From an uncultured cyanobacterium (GTDB lineage Bacteria > Cyanobacteriota > Cyanobacteriia > Cyanobacteriales > Cyanobacteriaceae): a DNA stretch of 64,000 nt. Both the position numbers and the translations under genes were made by a program. The stretch spans positions 64,001 through 128,000 of the forward strand of contig CAVVOP010000027.1 in the NCBI GenBank assembly GCA_963749915.1. The letters are read 5' to 3'. Shown in pieces: positions 43,811 through 55,287 of this stretch (positions within the stretch are counted from its first letter, which is position 1; each line of letters opens with the position of its first letter). The notes under the pieces are model-generated. The model was not told where the DNA came from and ran no database searches. It was given only the letters and a program-made list of their open reading frames with translations.

Positions 43811-43994
43811 AAGTTCTACCTCTTGTTTATTTGTCGTCAAAATTCATCTCCCGTTAATTTTGGTGGGCTTTTTTTGAGAAAAATTTAAAATTTAACGGGA
43901 GTCCTATTTTGACATTGTAAGATAGCGAAAAATCTAGGACAATAAAAATAGAGTGATTTTATCAATTTCCTCTACCATTAACTCTTAAGGTTCA

Positions 43995-45995
43995 TTGATG
44001 TTTACCCTTAACGCCCCCTTTAAACCCACTGGAGATCAACCAACTGCCATCGCTTCTTTAGTAAAATCATTACAATCGGGAAATGCTTTTCAAACCTTAC
44101 TCGGTGCAACGGGTACAGGAAAGACTTATACTATCGCTTGTACCATCGCCCAATGGCAAAAACCGACGTTAGTATTAGCCCACAATAAAACCTTGGCCGC
44201 ACAACTGTGCAACGAATTAAGGCAATTTTTTCCTGATAACGCCGTTGAATATTTTGTCAGTTATTACGATTATTACCAACCAGAAGCATATATTCCTGTT
44301 ACGGATACCTACATCGAGAAAAGTTCATCTATCAACGACGAGATTGATATGTTACGGCACTCAGCAACTCGATCTTTGTTTGAAAGAAAAGATGTTATTG
44401 TGGTGGCTTCCATTAGCTGTATTTATGGCTTAGGGATGCCTGTGGAATACCTGAAAGCCTCTATTCCTTTACACCTTAACCAAGAATATGATCCCCGTCA
44501 ACTCATCCGAGATTTGGTTAATGTGCAATATACTCGCAACGATATTGACCTGTGTCGTGCTACTTTTCGGATCAAGGGGGATGTGTTAGAGGTTGTCCCA
44601 GCCTACGAAGATCGAGTTATAAGAGTCGAATTTTTTGGAGATGAAATCGAAGCAATTTCTCTTTTAGACCCTGTTACTGGAGAATTATTGCGGGAGTTAG
44701 AGCATGTTAATATCTACCCTGCCAGGCACTTTGTCACACCACAGGAGCGAGTAGAACAGGCGATCGCCGACATAGAAGAAGAATTAGAAGAAAGATTAAT
44801 AATTTTAGAAAAAGAAGGAAAATTAGTCGAAGCTCAAAGATTAAAACAAAAAACAAAGTATGATTTAGAGATGTTAAAAGAGGTGGGATATTGCAACGGA
44901 GTCGAAAATTATTCTCGTCATTTAGCGGGAAGAAAAGTAGGAGAGCCTCCCGATTGTTTAGTAGATTACTTCCCCGAAGATTGGCTTTTAGTAGTCGATG
45001 AATCCCATGTAACTGTACCGCAAATTAGGGGAATGTATAACGGAGATCAAGCAAGAAAAAAAGTCTTAATTGATCATGGTTTTCGTTTACCTAGTGCCGC
45101 CGATAATCGCCCCTTAAAAGCTGATGAATTTTGGCAAAAAGTGAAGAAATGTATTTTCGTTTCTGCTACTCCTAGTAATTGGGAAATTGAGAAATCAAGT
45201 CATCAAATTGTTGAACAAATTATTCGCCCTACGGGCATTTTAGATCCGCAAATTTTTGTAAGACCTAGCGAGGGACAAGTAGATGACTTATTGGGAGAAG
45301 TTAAACAGAAGATTAGCAAAAAAGAACGGGTTTTAATAACGACATTAACTAAGAGAATGTCAGAGGATTTGACGGAATATTTACAGGAAAAAGGAATAAA
45401 TGTACAATATTTGCATTCCGAGATTCAGTCCATTGAGCGAATTGAGATTTTACAAAGTTTAAGAGCAGGAGATTTCGATGTCTTGATCGGAGTGAATTTG
45501 TTACGGGAAGGTTTAGATTTACCAGAAGTATCCTTGGTAGTAATTTTAGACGCAGATAAAGAGGGTTTTTTGCGATCAGAAAAATCATTAATTCAGACCA
45601 TAGGAAGGGCGGCACGTCATATAAATGGACAGGCAATTTTATACGCTGATAATTTTACTCAAAGTATTAAAAAAGCTATTAATGAAACTAATCGCCGTCG
45701 AGAAATTCAGCTTAAATATAATCAAGAAAATAATATTATTCCTCAGTCTATTACTAGAAAATATAGTAATTCAATTTTAGAATATTTAGATATCTCTAGG
45801 CGGTTAAATAAGCAAGAATTGGAAGAAGTTTATACCCATTTAGAAGAAATAAGTTTAGATAAAATACCTAATTTAATTAAACAATTTGAAGAACAAATGC
45901 AAAAAGCGGCTAAAGATTTGGAGTTTGAAAAAGCCGCTGAATATCGAGATAAAATTAAACATTTACGAGCACAATTATTATCAGTTAAGTCCTAA
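43995..45995 (+). CDS. uvrB: Excinuclease ABC subunit B
   Basis: [29 protein letters not shown]-terminal UVR domain. Confidence 0.98.
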   Translation: MMFTLNAPFKPTGDQPTAIASLVKSLQSGNAFQTLLGATGTGKTYTIACTIAQWQKPTLVLAHNKTLAAQLCNELRQFFPDNAVEYFVSYYDYYQPEAYIPVTDTYIEKSSSINDEIDMLRHSATRSLFERKDVIVVASISCIYGLGMPVEYLKASIPLHLNQEYDPRQLIRDLVNVQYTRNDIDLCRATFRIKGDVLEVVPAYEDRVIRVEFFGDEIEAISLLDPVTGELLRELEHVNIYPARHFVTPQERVEQAIADIEEELEERLIILEKEGKLVEAQRLKQKTKYDLEMLKEVGYCNGVENYSRHLAGRKVGEPPDCLVDYFPEDWLLVVDESHVTVPQIRGMYNGDQARKKVLIDHGFRLPSAADNRPLKADEFWQKVKKCIFVSATPSNWEIEKSSHQIVEQIIRPTGILDPQIFVRPSEGQVDDLLGEVKQKISKKERVLITTLTKRMSEDLTEYLQEKGINVQYLHSEIQSIERIEILQSLRAGDFDVLIGVNLLREGLDLPEVSLVVILDADKEGFLRSEKSLIQTIGRAARHINGQAILYADNFTQSIKKAINETNRRREIQLKYNQENNIIPQSITRKYSNSILEYLDISRRLNKQELEEVYTHLEEISLDKIPNLIKQFEEQMQKAAKDLEFEKAAEYRDKIKHLRAQLLSVKS

Positions 45996-46285
45996 AACTT
46001 AAACTCCTTGCCCGAATTTAGCTATAATTGCCGGTAAAACTAAGGTAGTTAATATCAACGACTATATCACCATCCCAAAAGCATAAAAATTAATGGCACA
46101 ATCTTAATTCCCGTTATGGATCTTCTAAATTAAGATAAGATTATGGTTGATTTGGCGGTGGTGAATATTATTTTCGTTAGTGGTGAAATGATTGATTTCT
46201 CAATTCCAACACCATTCAACTTTATCAAATTCATCATTTACCGTCACTTAATCGGAAAAATCAAGACTCTATACAAGAGGTTCAA

Positions 46286-47377
46286 ATGAAGATTGGTGTT
46301 CCTAAAGAAATTAAAGACAGAGAATTTCGGGTTGGTTTAACTCCCGCTAGTGTCAAAGTTTTAATCGAACAAAATCATCGGGTTTTTATCGAAGAAAATG
46401 CAGGAGTAGGCTCAAGTTTTAGTGACGAAGATTATCAAAAAGTAGGGGCAACTATTGTCGATACTGAAAGTGCATGGGATCAAGAATTAATCATTAAAGT
46501 AAAAGAGCCTCTTTCTTCTGAATATCAGTATATCCATCAAGGGCAAATATTATTTACTTATCTTCACTTAGCCGCTGATCGTAGTTTAACAGAATTTCTT
46601 CTCAAAAGTGGTGTAACTGCGATCGCTTACGAAACAGTACAATTACCCGATGGCAGACTACCTCTGTTAACCCCCATGAGTATCATTGCCGGAAAATTAG
46701 CAGTACAAATTGGGGCGAGATATTTAGAAAAACAACAGGGGGGAAAAGGAGTTTTACTGGGGGGGATACCGGGGGTTGCCCAAGGAAATGTTGTCATTTT
46801 AGGAGGAGGAATCGTCGGCACAGAAGCCGCTAAAATTGCAGTGGGCATGGGGGCAAAGGTAACTATTTTAGATGTAAACATCGATAGATTAGCCTATTTA
46901 GAAACCCTTTTTGGATCGAGAGTCGAGCTATTATATAGTAACTCTCAACATATAGATCAAACTGTACCGAGGGCGGATCTATTAATTGGTGCGGTTTTAA
47001 TTACGGGGAAAAAGGCACCTATCCTCGTTTCACGGAAATTAGTCAAACAAATGTATGAGGGCTCAGTGATTATGGATGTGGCTGTAGATCAAGGTGGTTG
47101 CATCGAAACTTTGTACACGACTTCTCACAGTGAGCCTAGCTACATAGAAGAAGGAGTCATTCATTTAGGTATTCCTAACCTCCCCGGTGCCGTACCCTGG
47201 ACAGCTACCCAAGCATTGAATAATAATACTTTACCCTATGTATTGAAACTAGCCAATCAAGGCATTGGGGCATTAAAACAAGATGCCAGTTTAGCCCAAG
47301 GGTTAAATATACAATACCATCGCCTAGTACATCCGGCGGTGCAGCAAGTATTCCCAGATTTAGCCGTTGACAGTTAA
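46286..47377 (+). CDS. ald: Alanine dehydrogenase
   Basis: IGVPKEIK..EFRVG, FTYLHLA, GGGIVG, DVAVDQGG, NLPGAVP. Confidence 0.96.
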   Translation: MKIGVPKEIKDREFRVGLTPASVKVLIEQNHRVFIEENAGVGSSFSDEDYQKVGATIVDTESAWDQELIIKVKEPLSSEYQYIHQGQILFTYLHLAADRSLTEFLLKSGVTAIAYETVQLPDGRLPLLTPMSIIAGKLAVQIGARYLEKQQGGKGVLLGGIPGVAQGNVVILGGGIVGTEAAKIAVGMGAKVTILDVNIDRLAYLETLFGSRVELLYSNSQHIDQTVPRADLLIGAVLITGKKAPILVSRKLVKQMYEGSVIMDVAVDQGGCIETLYTTSHSEPSYIEEGVIHLGIPNLPGAVPWTATQALNNNTLPYVLKLANQGIGALKQDASLAQGLNIQYHRLVHPAVQQVFPDLAVDS

Positions 47378-47434
47378 GGATTAAGGTAACTGCCGAAGTC
47401 ATTAAATTTTAGTATTAGGATCTGGCGAGGAAAA

Positions 47435-47971
47435 CTAAATGCCAATGGCTAATTGTGTCGTTGCAGATAAACTTTCAAACACAGGGATGGATAATTCCTC
47501 TTTAGATAGTGTTTTGATCGTTTCTTTCCCCCTACCCGTTAATAACAGTACAGGTTGGCAACCGGCATTAAGGGCACATTCAATGTCACTCGGTGCATCC
47601 CCTATAAACCACGATTGAGATAAATCGATATGGTTTTTTTCACTATAATTTAGTAGTAAATAGGGGGAAGGTTTACGACACTGGCAATTATCCGCGGGTT
47701 GATGAGGACATATTAAAATATCGGCAAATTCCACCCCAAAATGTCGATATTCTTTAATTATGCACTTATGTATTGCTTTTACGTCTTCTTCCGAAAAATA
47801 ATCCCGACTAATACCTGATTGATTCGTCACAATTACTAATTGATAACCCTCGGTTTGCCATTGTTTTAATGCTTCTCCCGCACCTTGAGGCAAAGATACC
47901 TGTTCAGGACGACTCAGATAAGGAATATAATCTATTACTACCCCATCTCTGTCTAAAAATAACGCTTTCAT
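47435..47971 (-). CDS. gmhB: HAD IIIA phosphatase, GmhB/HisB-N-like
   Basis: FLDRDG, VTNQSG, CPH...CQCRKP, IGD. Confidence 0.8.
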   Translation of the reverse strand: MKALFLDRDGVVIDYIPYLSRPEQVSLPQGAGEALKQWQTEGYQLVIVTNQSGISRDYFSEEDVKAIHKCIIKEYRHFGVEFADILICPHQPADNCQCRKPSPYLLLNYSEKNHIDLSQSWFIGDAPSDIECALNAGCQPVLLLTGRGKETIKTLSKEELSIPVFESLSATTQLAIGI

Positions 47972-48055
47972 TAGCCACCTCCAAAAACTCAAAACTCATT
48001 TATAACAGATATCTTTAGATTTTTGATGGTGCTTATCAAGATCTATGCCCTACCG

Positions 48056-48664
48056 TTATGCTTTCCGAGAATAGTACTCAATTACGAGTAATTCGTTGAT
48101 ATTTAAAGCAACCCATTCTCTTTCGATAACACCGTTAACTTTACCGACGAGGTTATCTTTGTCATATTCTAAATGACTAGGGAGGTTAGCTAAACCGGGG
48201 TTAAGAAGATTATTTTTAACAATATTAACAGAGCGATCTCTTTTTCTAACGCTAACAACATCCCCGGGGCGACATTGATAGCTAGCAATATCTACTACCC
48301 GATCGTTAACCATAATATGACCGTGGTTCACCAATTGACGAGCGCCCGGAATTGTAGGTGCCATGCCAAGACGAAAAACGGTATTATCGAGACGCATTTC
48401 TAATAATTGTAATAATACCTGACCGGTAGAACCAGTTACTCGACGGGCTTTTTTGACATAACGAATTAATTGTGTTTCGCTGACACCATAGTTATAACGA
48501 AGTTTTTGTTTTTCTTCAAGACGGATGGCGTATTCTGAGCGTTTACGGCGGTTTTGTCCGTGTTGTCCAGGGGGATATTGACGACGAGCATTTTTACGAG
48601 TTAAGCCCGGCAAATCTCCCAAACGACGCACTATCCTTAAACGAGGTCCTGTATATCGAGACAT
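48056..48664 (-). CDS. rpsD: 30S ribosomal protein S4
   Basis: [29 protein letters not shown]. Confidence 0.99.
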   Translation of the reverse strand: MSRYTGPRLRIVRRLGDLPGLTRKNARRQYPPGQHGQNRRKRSEYAIRLEEKQKLRYNYGVSETQLIRYVKKARRVTGSTGQVLLQLLEMRLDNTVFRLGMAPTIPGARQLVNHGHIMVNDRVVDIASYQCRPGDVVSVRKRDRSVNIVKNNLLNPGLANLPSHLEYDKDNLVGKVNGVIEREWVALNINELLVIEYYSRKA

Positions 48665-48872
48665 AGTTACTAATTTCTCCTTATATATTGTTTATATTTA
48701 GACCCAAACATACCATTCTACCGTAAAAATGATGAATCGGGAATGGATGGGGAAAAAGAGATCAGGGAAAATCCACAGGCTATTTTATACCCAAGCAAAA
48801 AAGAACCAAGTTCATATATGAGAACCTGGTTCACTTTCTTCATTAAAGAATTAAGAGATTATTTTTTCTAGC

Positions 48873-50645
48873 TTAGAATTTGAACACAGTACGAAGAATG
48901 CCCACTACGATAGTGCTTTGTCCATTATTACTATTATTAGGATCGAATACGGCATAAACACCCGGAGTAATAGAAATATTGTCGGTGACAGGATATAAAT
49001 ATTGACCTTCTACAATCCAAGACTGTCCACGATCGCGTCCTACAGTACCATCTACACTACCAGCACGGGGAACCTGTCCACCGGCAACGGTTAAGACAGA
49101 ACCCTCTTTGAATAAATCAAGGAAGGATAAGTTAGTATTCCATGTAAATAGATCGGCACTATCACCGTTACGATTATTACCCGTACTGTCCACAGATTGA
49201 CCTTGAGCAAAAGCCCAGCCTACCCAACCAGCGATGTTGAACTTAGGGGTAATAAGCCAAGTAGCTTGTAAACCAATGTTTTCGGAAGTGGTCGCTGCAC
49301 CACTAAAAGGATCTTTTGAACCACGGAAACCACCAGTACGACCACCTGAACCTAAATCAGCAATACCGTTAGATACGCCACCAGTGTAACTACTACCAGT
49401 GCTACCGGTTAAATTAGCTTCCCCTGCGGCAAAATAAGAGTGCATATAGGCCACGGCGAGTTTGAAACTGTCTCCAGGACTGAAACCTAACTGAATCCCA
49501 GTGCTATAAGTCCCATTAAATAAACCAGCCCCACCACTAGGATCATTTGCCCTGTCGGCTAAGTAGGAAGCAGTAATATCGAAACTCTTACCTAATTTAT
49601 ATTTGAACCCGATACCAGTGTCACCGGGTTGACGATAGATGAAGGGATTAAAACGGTTAACACGAGCTAAAGCACCAGTTGCATCACTTGAGGTGAAGGG
49701 GCTAAGGGTATCGTAAATATCTTGAGGAGGTAATGCAGTACCAACCCAGAAACTTCCGTTATCGCCCACAGGGGTTTTGTAGTAAAGACGATCAATAATA
49801 ACATCGTTACCATCAGCACCAGTAAACTGTTCAAAGTTTAAACGAGCCATATCTGTGCCATAAGCAGAACCTAAGTTAGGAACATTGGCAGCCGCTAAAC
49901 GAGTTCTTAATAAGTCTTTCCCAGTAAAGCTGGTATCTAAGATTAAACGAACACGATTACTGAAAGTTGCTTGTTCATCGGAGTCTTGGGCAGTGCTTTT
50001 AGCCTCTCCTGAGTTAGTTATATCACCATTTCTGTCAACGGCAACTGCTGAGTCTCTGGTGTTATAAACGTCACCTAGTTTGTAATCTGGACCACTTTGT
50101 GCGGTAACGGCAAAAATTACTTCCCCTTTTAACTTGGTGGTAGTAGAAAACTGATTATCTTCTAAGAAAGCCACTCGACCTTCTAAGTTATCGACTCTTG
50201 CACCTAATGCGGCCAATTCACTCTCAAATTCTGCCATCAAGCGTTTTAATTTCTCGATATCTTCTCTGAGTACCGCTTCACTAGCTGCGATTAGGCGTTC
50301 CATTTGCTGCATGCAAGCATTTAAACCGGCGGCAAATTCGTAACGACTTAAAGCACGATTTCCTCTGAAGGTACGATCTGGATAACCGACGATACAACCA
50401 TAACGCTCAACTAAGCTTCTCAATGCTTCAAAAGCCCAATCGGTGGGGGAAACATCTCTTAACTGAGAAACGGAGGTAACTTGCCCCATAGGTTGAGTTT
50501 GATTATACTCAGAAATTTGCTCTAAAGCTGAATCGGGATTTACTTCATTGGCACTGGCAGATTCAATGATTACACTATTAGAGGCAACACTCAAAGCAAG
50601 AAGTGCTGGAGTTGCCACCACATAATTTTTGACTAATTTGAACAT
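48873..50645 (-). CDS. Cyanobacterial outer-membrane porin (SLH + OprB-like barrel)
   Basis: QVTSVSQLRDVSPTDWAFEALRSLVERYGC, QFSTTTKLKGEV, C-terminal RTVFKF; likely start MFKLVK. Confidence 0.92.
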   Translation of the reverse strand: MFKLVKNYVVATPALLALSVASNSVIIESASANEVNPDSALEQISEYNQTQPMGQVTSVSQLRDVSPTDWAFEALRSLVERYGCIVGYPDRTFRGNRALSRYEFAAGLNACMQQMERLIAASEAVLREDIEKLKRLMAEFESELAALGARVDNLEGRVAFLEDNQFSTTTKLKGEVIFAVTAQSGPDYKLGDVYNTRDSAVAVDRNGDITNSGEAKSTAQDSDEQATFSNRVRLILDTSFTGKDLLRTRLAAANVPNLGSAYGTDMARLNFEQFTGADGNDVIIDRLYYKTPVGDNGSFWVGTALPPQDIYDTLSPFTSSDATGALARVNRFNPFIYRQPGDTGIGFKYKLGKSFDITASYLADRANDPSGGAGLFNGTYSTGIQLGFSPGDSFKLAVAYMHSYFAAGEANLTGSTGSSYTGGVSNGIADLGSGGRTGGFRGSKDPFSGAATTSENIGLQATWLITPKFNIAGWVGWAFAQGQSVDSTGNNRNGDSADLFTWNTNLSFLDLFKEGSVLTVAGGQVPRAGSVDGTVGRDRGQSWIVEGQYLYPVTDNISITPGVYAVFDPNNSNNGQSTIVVGILRTVFKF

Positions 50646-50823
50646 AATATTAAAAAGTTCCTCACACCTTTTTTTACTCACAAATAATTAATAACACAAA
50701 ACTCTACTTCTAACAAGTCCTTTTTGTGTTTTGAATCACACTTATTGAATTATTTTTATGAAAAACAAAATTCACCTAATTGTTAATAAAAATTGCTGAT
50801 TATTAATATAAGAAAAAGCTATT

Positions 50824-52401
50824 TCATTCTGCCATTCTTGTTGTTTTGAAGGTAATTACATACACAAGCAGGAACACAATTAATAATATAACGAACCAAT
50901 CTCCCTTTGCCACATAAAAAGTGATGGTATCACGGCGATAAATTTTACCAACGTGAGTTTGATACTCATTGAGGTTAGAAATCCATTGAGTATTACCATG
51001 GGGATCGATAATGGCAGAATAGCCGGTATTGGTGGCCCTTGCCGTCCATCTATCGGTTTCAATGGATCTCATAACGTCTTGGGCATGATGTTGAGAAGGC
51101 ATAACATCGCTATAATGGGCGTTATTAGACGCGGTGACTATAAATTCTCCTCCTTGTAAGGCTTGGTGACGGAAAATTTCGGCAAAGGCGGAATCGTAAC
51201 AAATTCCCACTATAGCTTGTCCAAAAGGAGTATTGAAAATCTGTTCTTTTTCTCCTGCAATTAACTGAGCGTCTAGGGGGGAAAGTCGATTAATAATATT
51301 ACCTAATATACCCCTAAAGGGAATATATTCACCCAAAGGAACTAACTTAATTTTATCATACTTACTAATAATTTTTCCTTCTTTATTAAGGGCAAATAAA
51401 GTATTTGTATAATCATTATTTTTTTGATTAAATGCTCCTAATAATATAGGTATTTTTTTATCAATTATTAATTGATAAATGGGGCTATGATCTGCTATTT
51501 GATCATAAAAAAAAGGTAAGGCTGTTTCTGGGGTTAAAATTAGGTCTACATTTTTTTGAGCTAAATAATTATAGCCTTTTGTATAATTAATCATCGCAGT
51601 TTTTAACCCTCGATCATAAAGCTTTATTTCATTAGGGATATTACCTTGAATAATACCGATATTAATTACTTTTGCGGGGTCGTCGCTGATAGTTTTTTGA
51701 TAATTTAAATAACCAATGCCGTGGCTGACGATTAAAATTATGATAGCATTAACAATTAAGTGATATTTATTTTTATGAAAATGTTGCCTATGGTTGATAA
51801 TTAAAATAATATTTTCGGCAAATAAACCATTAATTAAAACAATTAAAGCGGTAATCACAGTTGTCCCAGAAACCTTCAATAATTGTAAAATTACCAAATT
51901 ATAGGGACTTTGAGTAAAAGATAAAGATGTCCACCATAAAGGGCTAAAACTCCAGATTTTTTCCAGTAAACACCAAATACTTACTGCTAAAAATAGTTTA
52001 CTAATTAAAGGATGTAAAAACTTATGTTGATATATTTTTTTCTTAAAAATAAAATTAATAATAAACGTCCAAAAAGTAACTAAAAGTGCCCCCCAAAAAG
52101 TAATAAAAAACCAACAAAAAATCGCAATAATTAAACTATTAAACCATGGTACTCCCATCCATGTCATCGGGTGAATCCCTGTTATCCAAAATAAAGCAAA
52201 ACCATGGTAGCCAAATCCCCACAAAAAACCGGCTAATATTGCTGTTAAGGGTGATTGATATAAGGCTATCCATAGGGGAATTAAAGCAATCCATCCAAAA
52301 AACCATAAATTAGTTGGGGCAACGGTTAAACCCATTAATAAACCACCGATAAGTGCAAAAATTAGGTGTTTAAAAGATATTTTCTTGAGAAGAATAAACA
52401 T
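50824..52401 (-). CDS. lnt: Apolipoprotein N-acyltransferase
   Basis: N-terminal TMs, QGNI, PETA, KLVPLGEYIP, ICYD, RATNTG. Confidence 0.95.
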   Translation of the reverse strand: MFILLKKISFKHLIFALIGGLLMGLTVAPTNLWFFGWIALIPLWIALYQSPLTAILAGFLWGFGYHGFALFWITGIHPMTWMGVPWFNSLIIAIFCWFFITFWGALLVTFWTFIINFIFKKKIYQHKFLHPLISKLFLAVSIWCLLEKIWSFSPLWWTSLSFTQSPYNLVILQLLKVSGTTVITALIVLINGLFAENIILIINHRQHFHKNKYHLIVNAIIILIVSHGIGYLNYQKTISDDPAKVINIGIIQGNIPNEIKLYDRGLKTAMINYTKGYNYLAQKNVDLILTPETALPFFYDQIADHSPIYQLIIDKKIPILLGAFNQKNNDYTNTLFALNKEGKIISKYDKIKLVPLGEYIPFRGILGNIINRLSPLDAQLIAGEKEQIFNTPFGQAIVGICYDSAFAEIFRHQALQGGEFIVTASNNAHYSDVMPSQHHAQDVMRSIETDRWTARATNTGYSAIIDPHGNTQWISNLNEYQTHVGKIYRRDTITFYVAKGDWFVILLIVFLLVYVITFKTTRMAE

Positions 52402-52542
52402 TTTTATAATTAATAATTATGGGGTGGGTAATGCCGATGTTCCCCCGATAAATAAAGATTAAAGGAAGGTTAAAACTTTTTAATTTAAGTTAAAGTCATT
52501 GTATATTGACCCCATAACTAACTATTACTGATAACCATAAAA

Positions 52543-54024
52543 ATGTTAGATACTTTAGACTTAACTCTTTCTTTAGATAAGCAGACTTATCGTGCCAAAA
52601 TAGAAGACTTAATGCGGGAATTGCGATCGCTACAGAATATCTGTTGGTTAAAAAAATTACCCATTATCGTCGTTTTAGAAGGATGGGCGGCGGCAGGGAA
52701 AGGCGGTTTGGTCAAACAAGTGACTAATTATATGGATCCCCGTGGTTTTATCGTACACCCGATCTTAGCACCTTCGGAAAATGAAAAAAAATATCCTTTT
52801 TTGTGGCGTTTTTGGCAAAAATTACCCTCTAAACGCAGTATTGGTATTTTCTATCATAGTTGGTACACCCATTTATTGGAAGATAGATTATGCAAACGTT
52901 TACATAATAGCCATGTGCCTACCATTATGCGTGATATTAACGCCTTCGAGAGACAATTGGTTGAAGATGGTGCCGTCATTGCTAAATATTGGCTTCATTT
53001 AAGCAAAAAAGAATTAAAAGATCGTCTCAAGGAATACGAAAAAGATGAGCTGGAATCATGGCGAGTGCGTAAGGAAGATTGGCAACAGGCAAAAAATTAT
53101 GACCAATATAAAACTCTAGCAGAAGAAATGCTTATTTACACCAGCAGTGGTTTCACTCCTTGGGTATTGGTAGAAGCTAATTGTCAACGGTGGGCGAAGG
53201 TTAAGGTTTTAACCCAATTAGTCTCCACCATTCGAGAAGCCTTGGCTAAACAAGAAATTACCATGGAAAGCCCTTGTTTACCTCCTCAAACAGCTTTATT
53301 ATCCACCGAACCTGACTATTTAGCACAAGTTGATTTAAACCTCACTCTCCTAAAAGAAGAATATAAAATTAAACTGAAACAATCTCAAGTAGAACTTAGG
53401 AAATTACAGAAAGACATTTTTGAAAAGAATATCGGCGTTTTATTATTGTTTGAAGGTTGGGATGCTGCGGGAAAAGGGGGTGCAATTAAAAGAGTTACCG
53501 ATATTTTAGATCCTCGTAGCTATGAAGTCCACGCTTTTAGCGTCCCCACTGAAGAAGAACATCTATATCATTATCTCTGGCGTTTTTGGCGACGGTTAAC
53601 CCCCACGGGAAAAATCGGCATTTTCGATCGCACATGGTATGGTAGGGTGTTAGTGGAGAGAATCGAAGGTTTTGCCAGCGAAACACAGTGGAGAAGGTCT
53701 TATCGAGAAATTAACGAATTTGAAGCTCAGTTATCTAGTTCCAACTATATAATTATCAAATATTGGCTACATATTAGCCCCGAAGAACAATTAAGACGTT
53801 TTGAGGCACGTAAAGGTGATCATTATAAAAACTATAAATTAACCGGTGACGATTATCGTAATCGTGAAAAATGGAATTTATATTACGTTGCCGTCAATCA
53901 AACCATTGCCCATACTAGCACCCCCCAAGCCCCTTGGACGATCGTACCTGGTAACGATAAATATTACGCAAGGCTTTTTGTCTTAGAAACCATTATCAAT
54001 GCCATTAAACATAAACTAACATGA
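52543..54024 (+). CDS. pap: Two-domain polyphosphate kinase 2 (polyP:AMP phosphotransferase)
   Basis: Two PPK2 domains: EGWAAAGKG..DPRG and EGWDAAGKGG..DPR, FDRTWY. Confidence 0.9.
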   Translation: MLDTLDLTLSLDKQTYRAKIEDLMRELRSLQNICWLKKLPIIVVLEGWAAAGKGGLVKQVTNYMDPRGFIVHPILAPSENEKKYPFLWRFWQKLPSKRSIGIFYHSWYTHLLEDRLCKRLHNSHVPTIMRDINAFERQLVEDGAVIAKYWLHLSKKELKDRLKEYEKDELESWRVRKEDWQQAKNYDQYKTLAEEMLIYTSSGFTPWVLVEANCQRWAKVKVLTQLVSTIREALAKQEITMESPCLPPQTALLSTEPDYLAQVDLNLTLLKEEYKIKLKQSQVELRKLQKDIFEKNIGVLLLFEGWDAAGKGGAIKRVTDILDPRSYEVHAFSVPTEEEHLYHYLWRFWRRLTPTGKIGIFDRTWYGRVLVERIEGFASETQWRRSYREINEFEAQLSSSNYIIIKYWLHISPEEQLRRFEARKGDHYKNYKLTGDDYRNREKWNLYYVAVNQTIAHTSTPQAPWTIVPGNDKYYARLFVLETIINAIKHKLT

Positions 54025-54068
54025 ATTACTCAGATCTTGCACCTTTCCCAAAAGCATCTGTTGAGGGC

Positions 54069-54106
54069 AATTATGAATTATGAATTATGAATTATGAATT
54101 ATGAAT
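54069..54106. repeat. Heptamer tandem repeat (AATTATG)5
   Basis: Five perfect copies downstream of pap. Confidence 0.9.
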
Positions 54107-54292
54107 GAGTTAAACTTAGTAAAGTATCTTTATAAAGAGGAAAAGCCATTTAAAAGCTAAAAAATAATCTAAAACAACCTGAGTATTGGATAAGCGAATC
54201 AGCTCTAATAGTTATAGATTAAGAAATTTGCTCAATTCCGATATTACCGTTGTTAAATTGTCTCAAAGGATGAACCAATTATTAAAATTTTT

Positions 54293-54508
54293 ATGATTCC
54301 AAATAGTATTACTATTACCGTTAATGGTGAATGTTGCAACTGTCCTGAAAATGTCCGTTTGCCGGTTTTGTTACCCTCCCTCGGTTTTAATCCTCGTCTC
54401 ATCGCTTTAGAATATAACGGCGAAATCTTACATAGACAGTATTGGGACACCACCATTGTCAAAAATGGCGATCGCCTAGAAGTAGTCACTATTGTGGGCG
54501 GAGGATAA
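54293..54508 (+). CDS. thiS: Sulfur carrier protein ThiS
   Basis: ITVNGE, ALEYNGEIL, GDRLEVVTIVGGG C-terminus. Confidence 0.93.
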   Translation: MIPNSITITVNGECCNCPENVRLPVLLPSLGFNPRLIALEYNGEILHRQYWDTTIVKNGDRLEVVTIVGGG

Positions 54509-54578
54509 AAGAATGAATAATGAATAATTAATAATTAACAAAATTAAGGAGCTTTTTCAAGAAAGAAATAATAAAAAT

Positions 54579-55184
54579 ATGGGTAAGAAAATAACTTGGC
54601 AGAAAAATAGCGAAAATCCTGATAACTATAACGTAACTAACTTAAAATTTATCAGTGAATGGTGGTCAAAATTAGACGAAATAGAAGTTAAACTAGCCCA
54701 AAGATTAATTCCAGACACAGGAAATGTTAATGATATTGACTGGAAATTCCAGAGATTTGATGAAGATTTTACCCTCGAATCCCCTCAAATAAGAGGCATA
54801 ACTGTCTATGGGAAGAAAAAAGGTGATGAGAGAGAATTTGGTTACACTGCACAAAAAATAGAGTTAGACACCGATAATCAGCAATTAGACATCTATCTTC
54901 AATCTCAACCCAATACCATTATCCGTTTTACTATACCCACAATTCAATATCAAACTATCGCCTTAGGAGAGGTGGAAATAGTTAGTAATGGGGATGGTAA
55001 AAATCATCTTATTTTGTTGAGAAATAATCAAGCAAAATTAGAAGTAACCTTTACCTTAAATTCTGATCAACAACTATATTTATTGTCACAACTAGCGAAA
55101 ACCCTCAAACTTAATCCGAAACTTAATATTTCCCCAGACACCCTGAGGGAATTACAGGATTTATTACAACAACAGAGTATGTAA
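54579..55184 (+). CDS. Hypothetical protein
   Basis: 201-aa ORF with host-like codon usage; no motif recognised. Confidence 0.7.
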   Translation: MGKKITWQKNSENPDNYNVTNLKFISEWWSKLDEIEVKLAQRLIPDTGNVNDIDWKFQRFDEDFTLESPQIRGITVYGKKKGDEREFGYTAQKIELDTDNQQLDIYLQSQPNTIIRFTIPTIQYQTIALGEVEIVSNGDGKNHLILLRNNQAKLEVTFTLNSDQQLYLLSQLAKTLKLNPKLNISPDTLRELQDLLQQQSM

Positions 55185-55287
55185 TACCAATACTTTAGTA
55201 AAATGAGCAATATTTAAATTACTTTCCTGTCTATTCCCTATTTCCCTCCTCATCAAAAAACTTTTTAGCAAACCCAAATTCTTAATT

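Larger units (their letters stand above)
42971..43915 (-). mobile_element. Internally deleted IS605-type element (tnpA and tnpB remnants, both ends retained)
   Basis: Right end CTCCCGTTA..TAACGGTGAGAGTGTCAA (42971-43010). Left-end stem CTCCCGTTAA/TTAACGGGAG (43848-43901). Left boundary is approximate. Confidence 0.85.

Noticed and set aside
43909..43945. Outward TTGACA from the IS left end as uvrB promoter
   Set aside because: No acceptable -10 box at 16-18 nt spacing.
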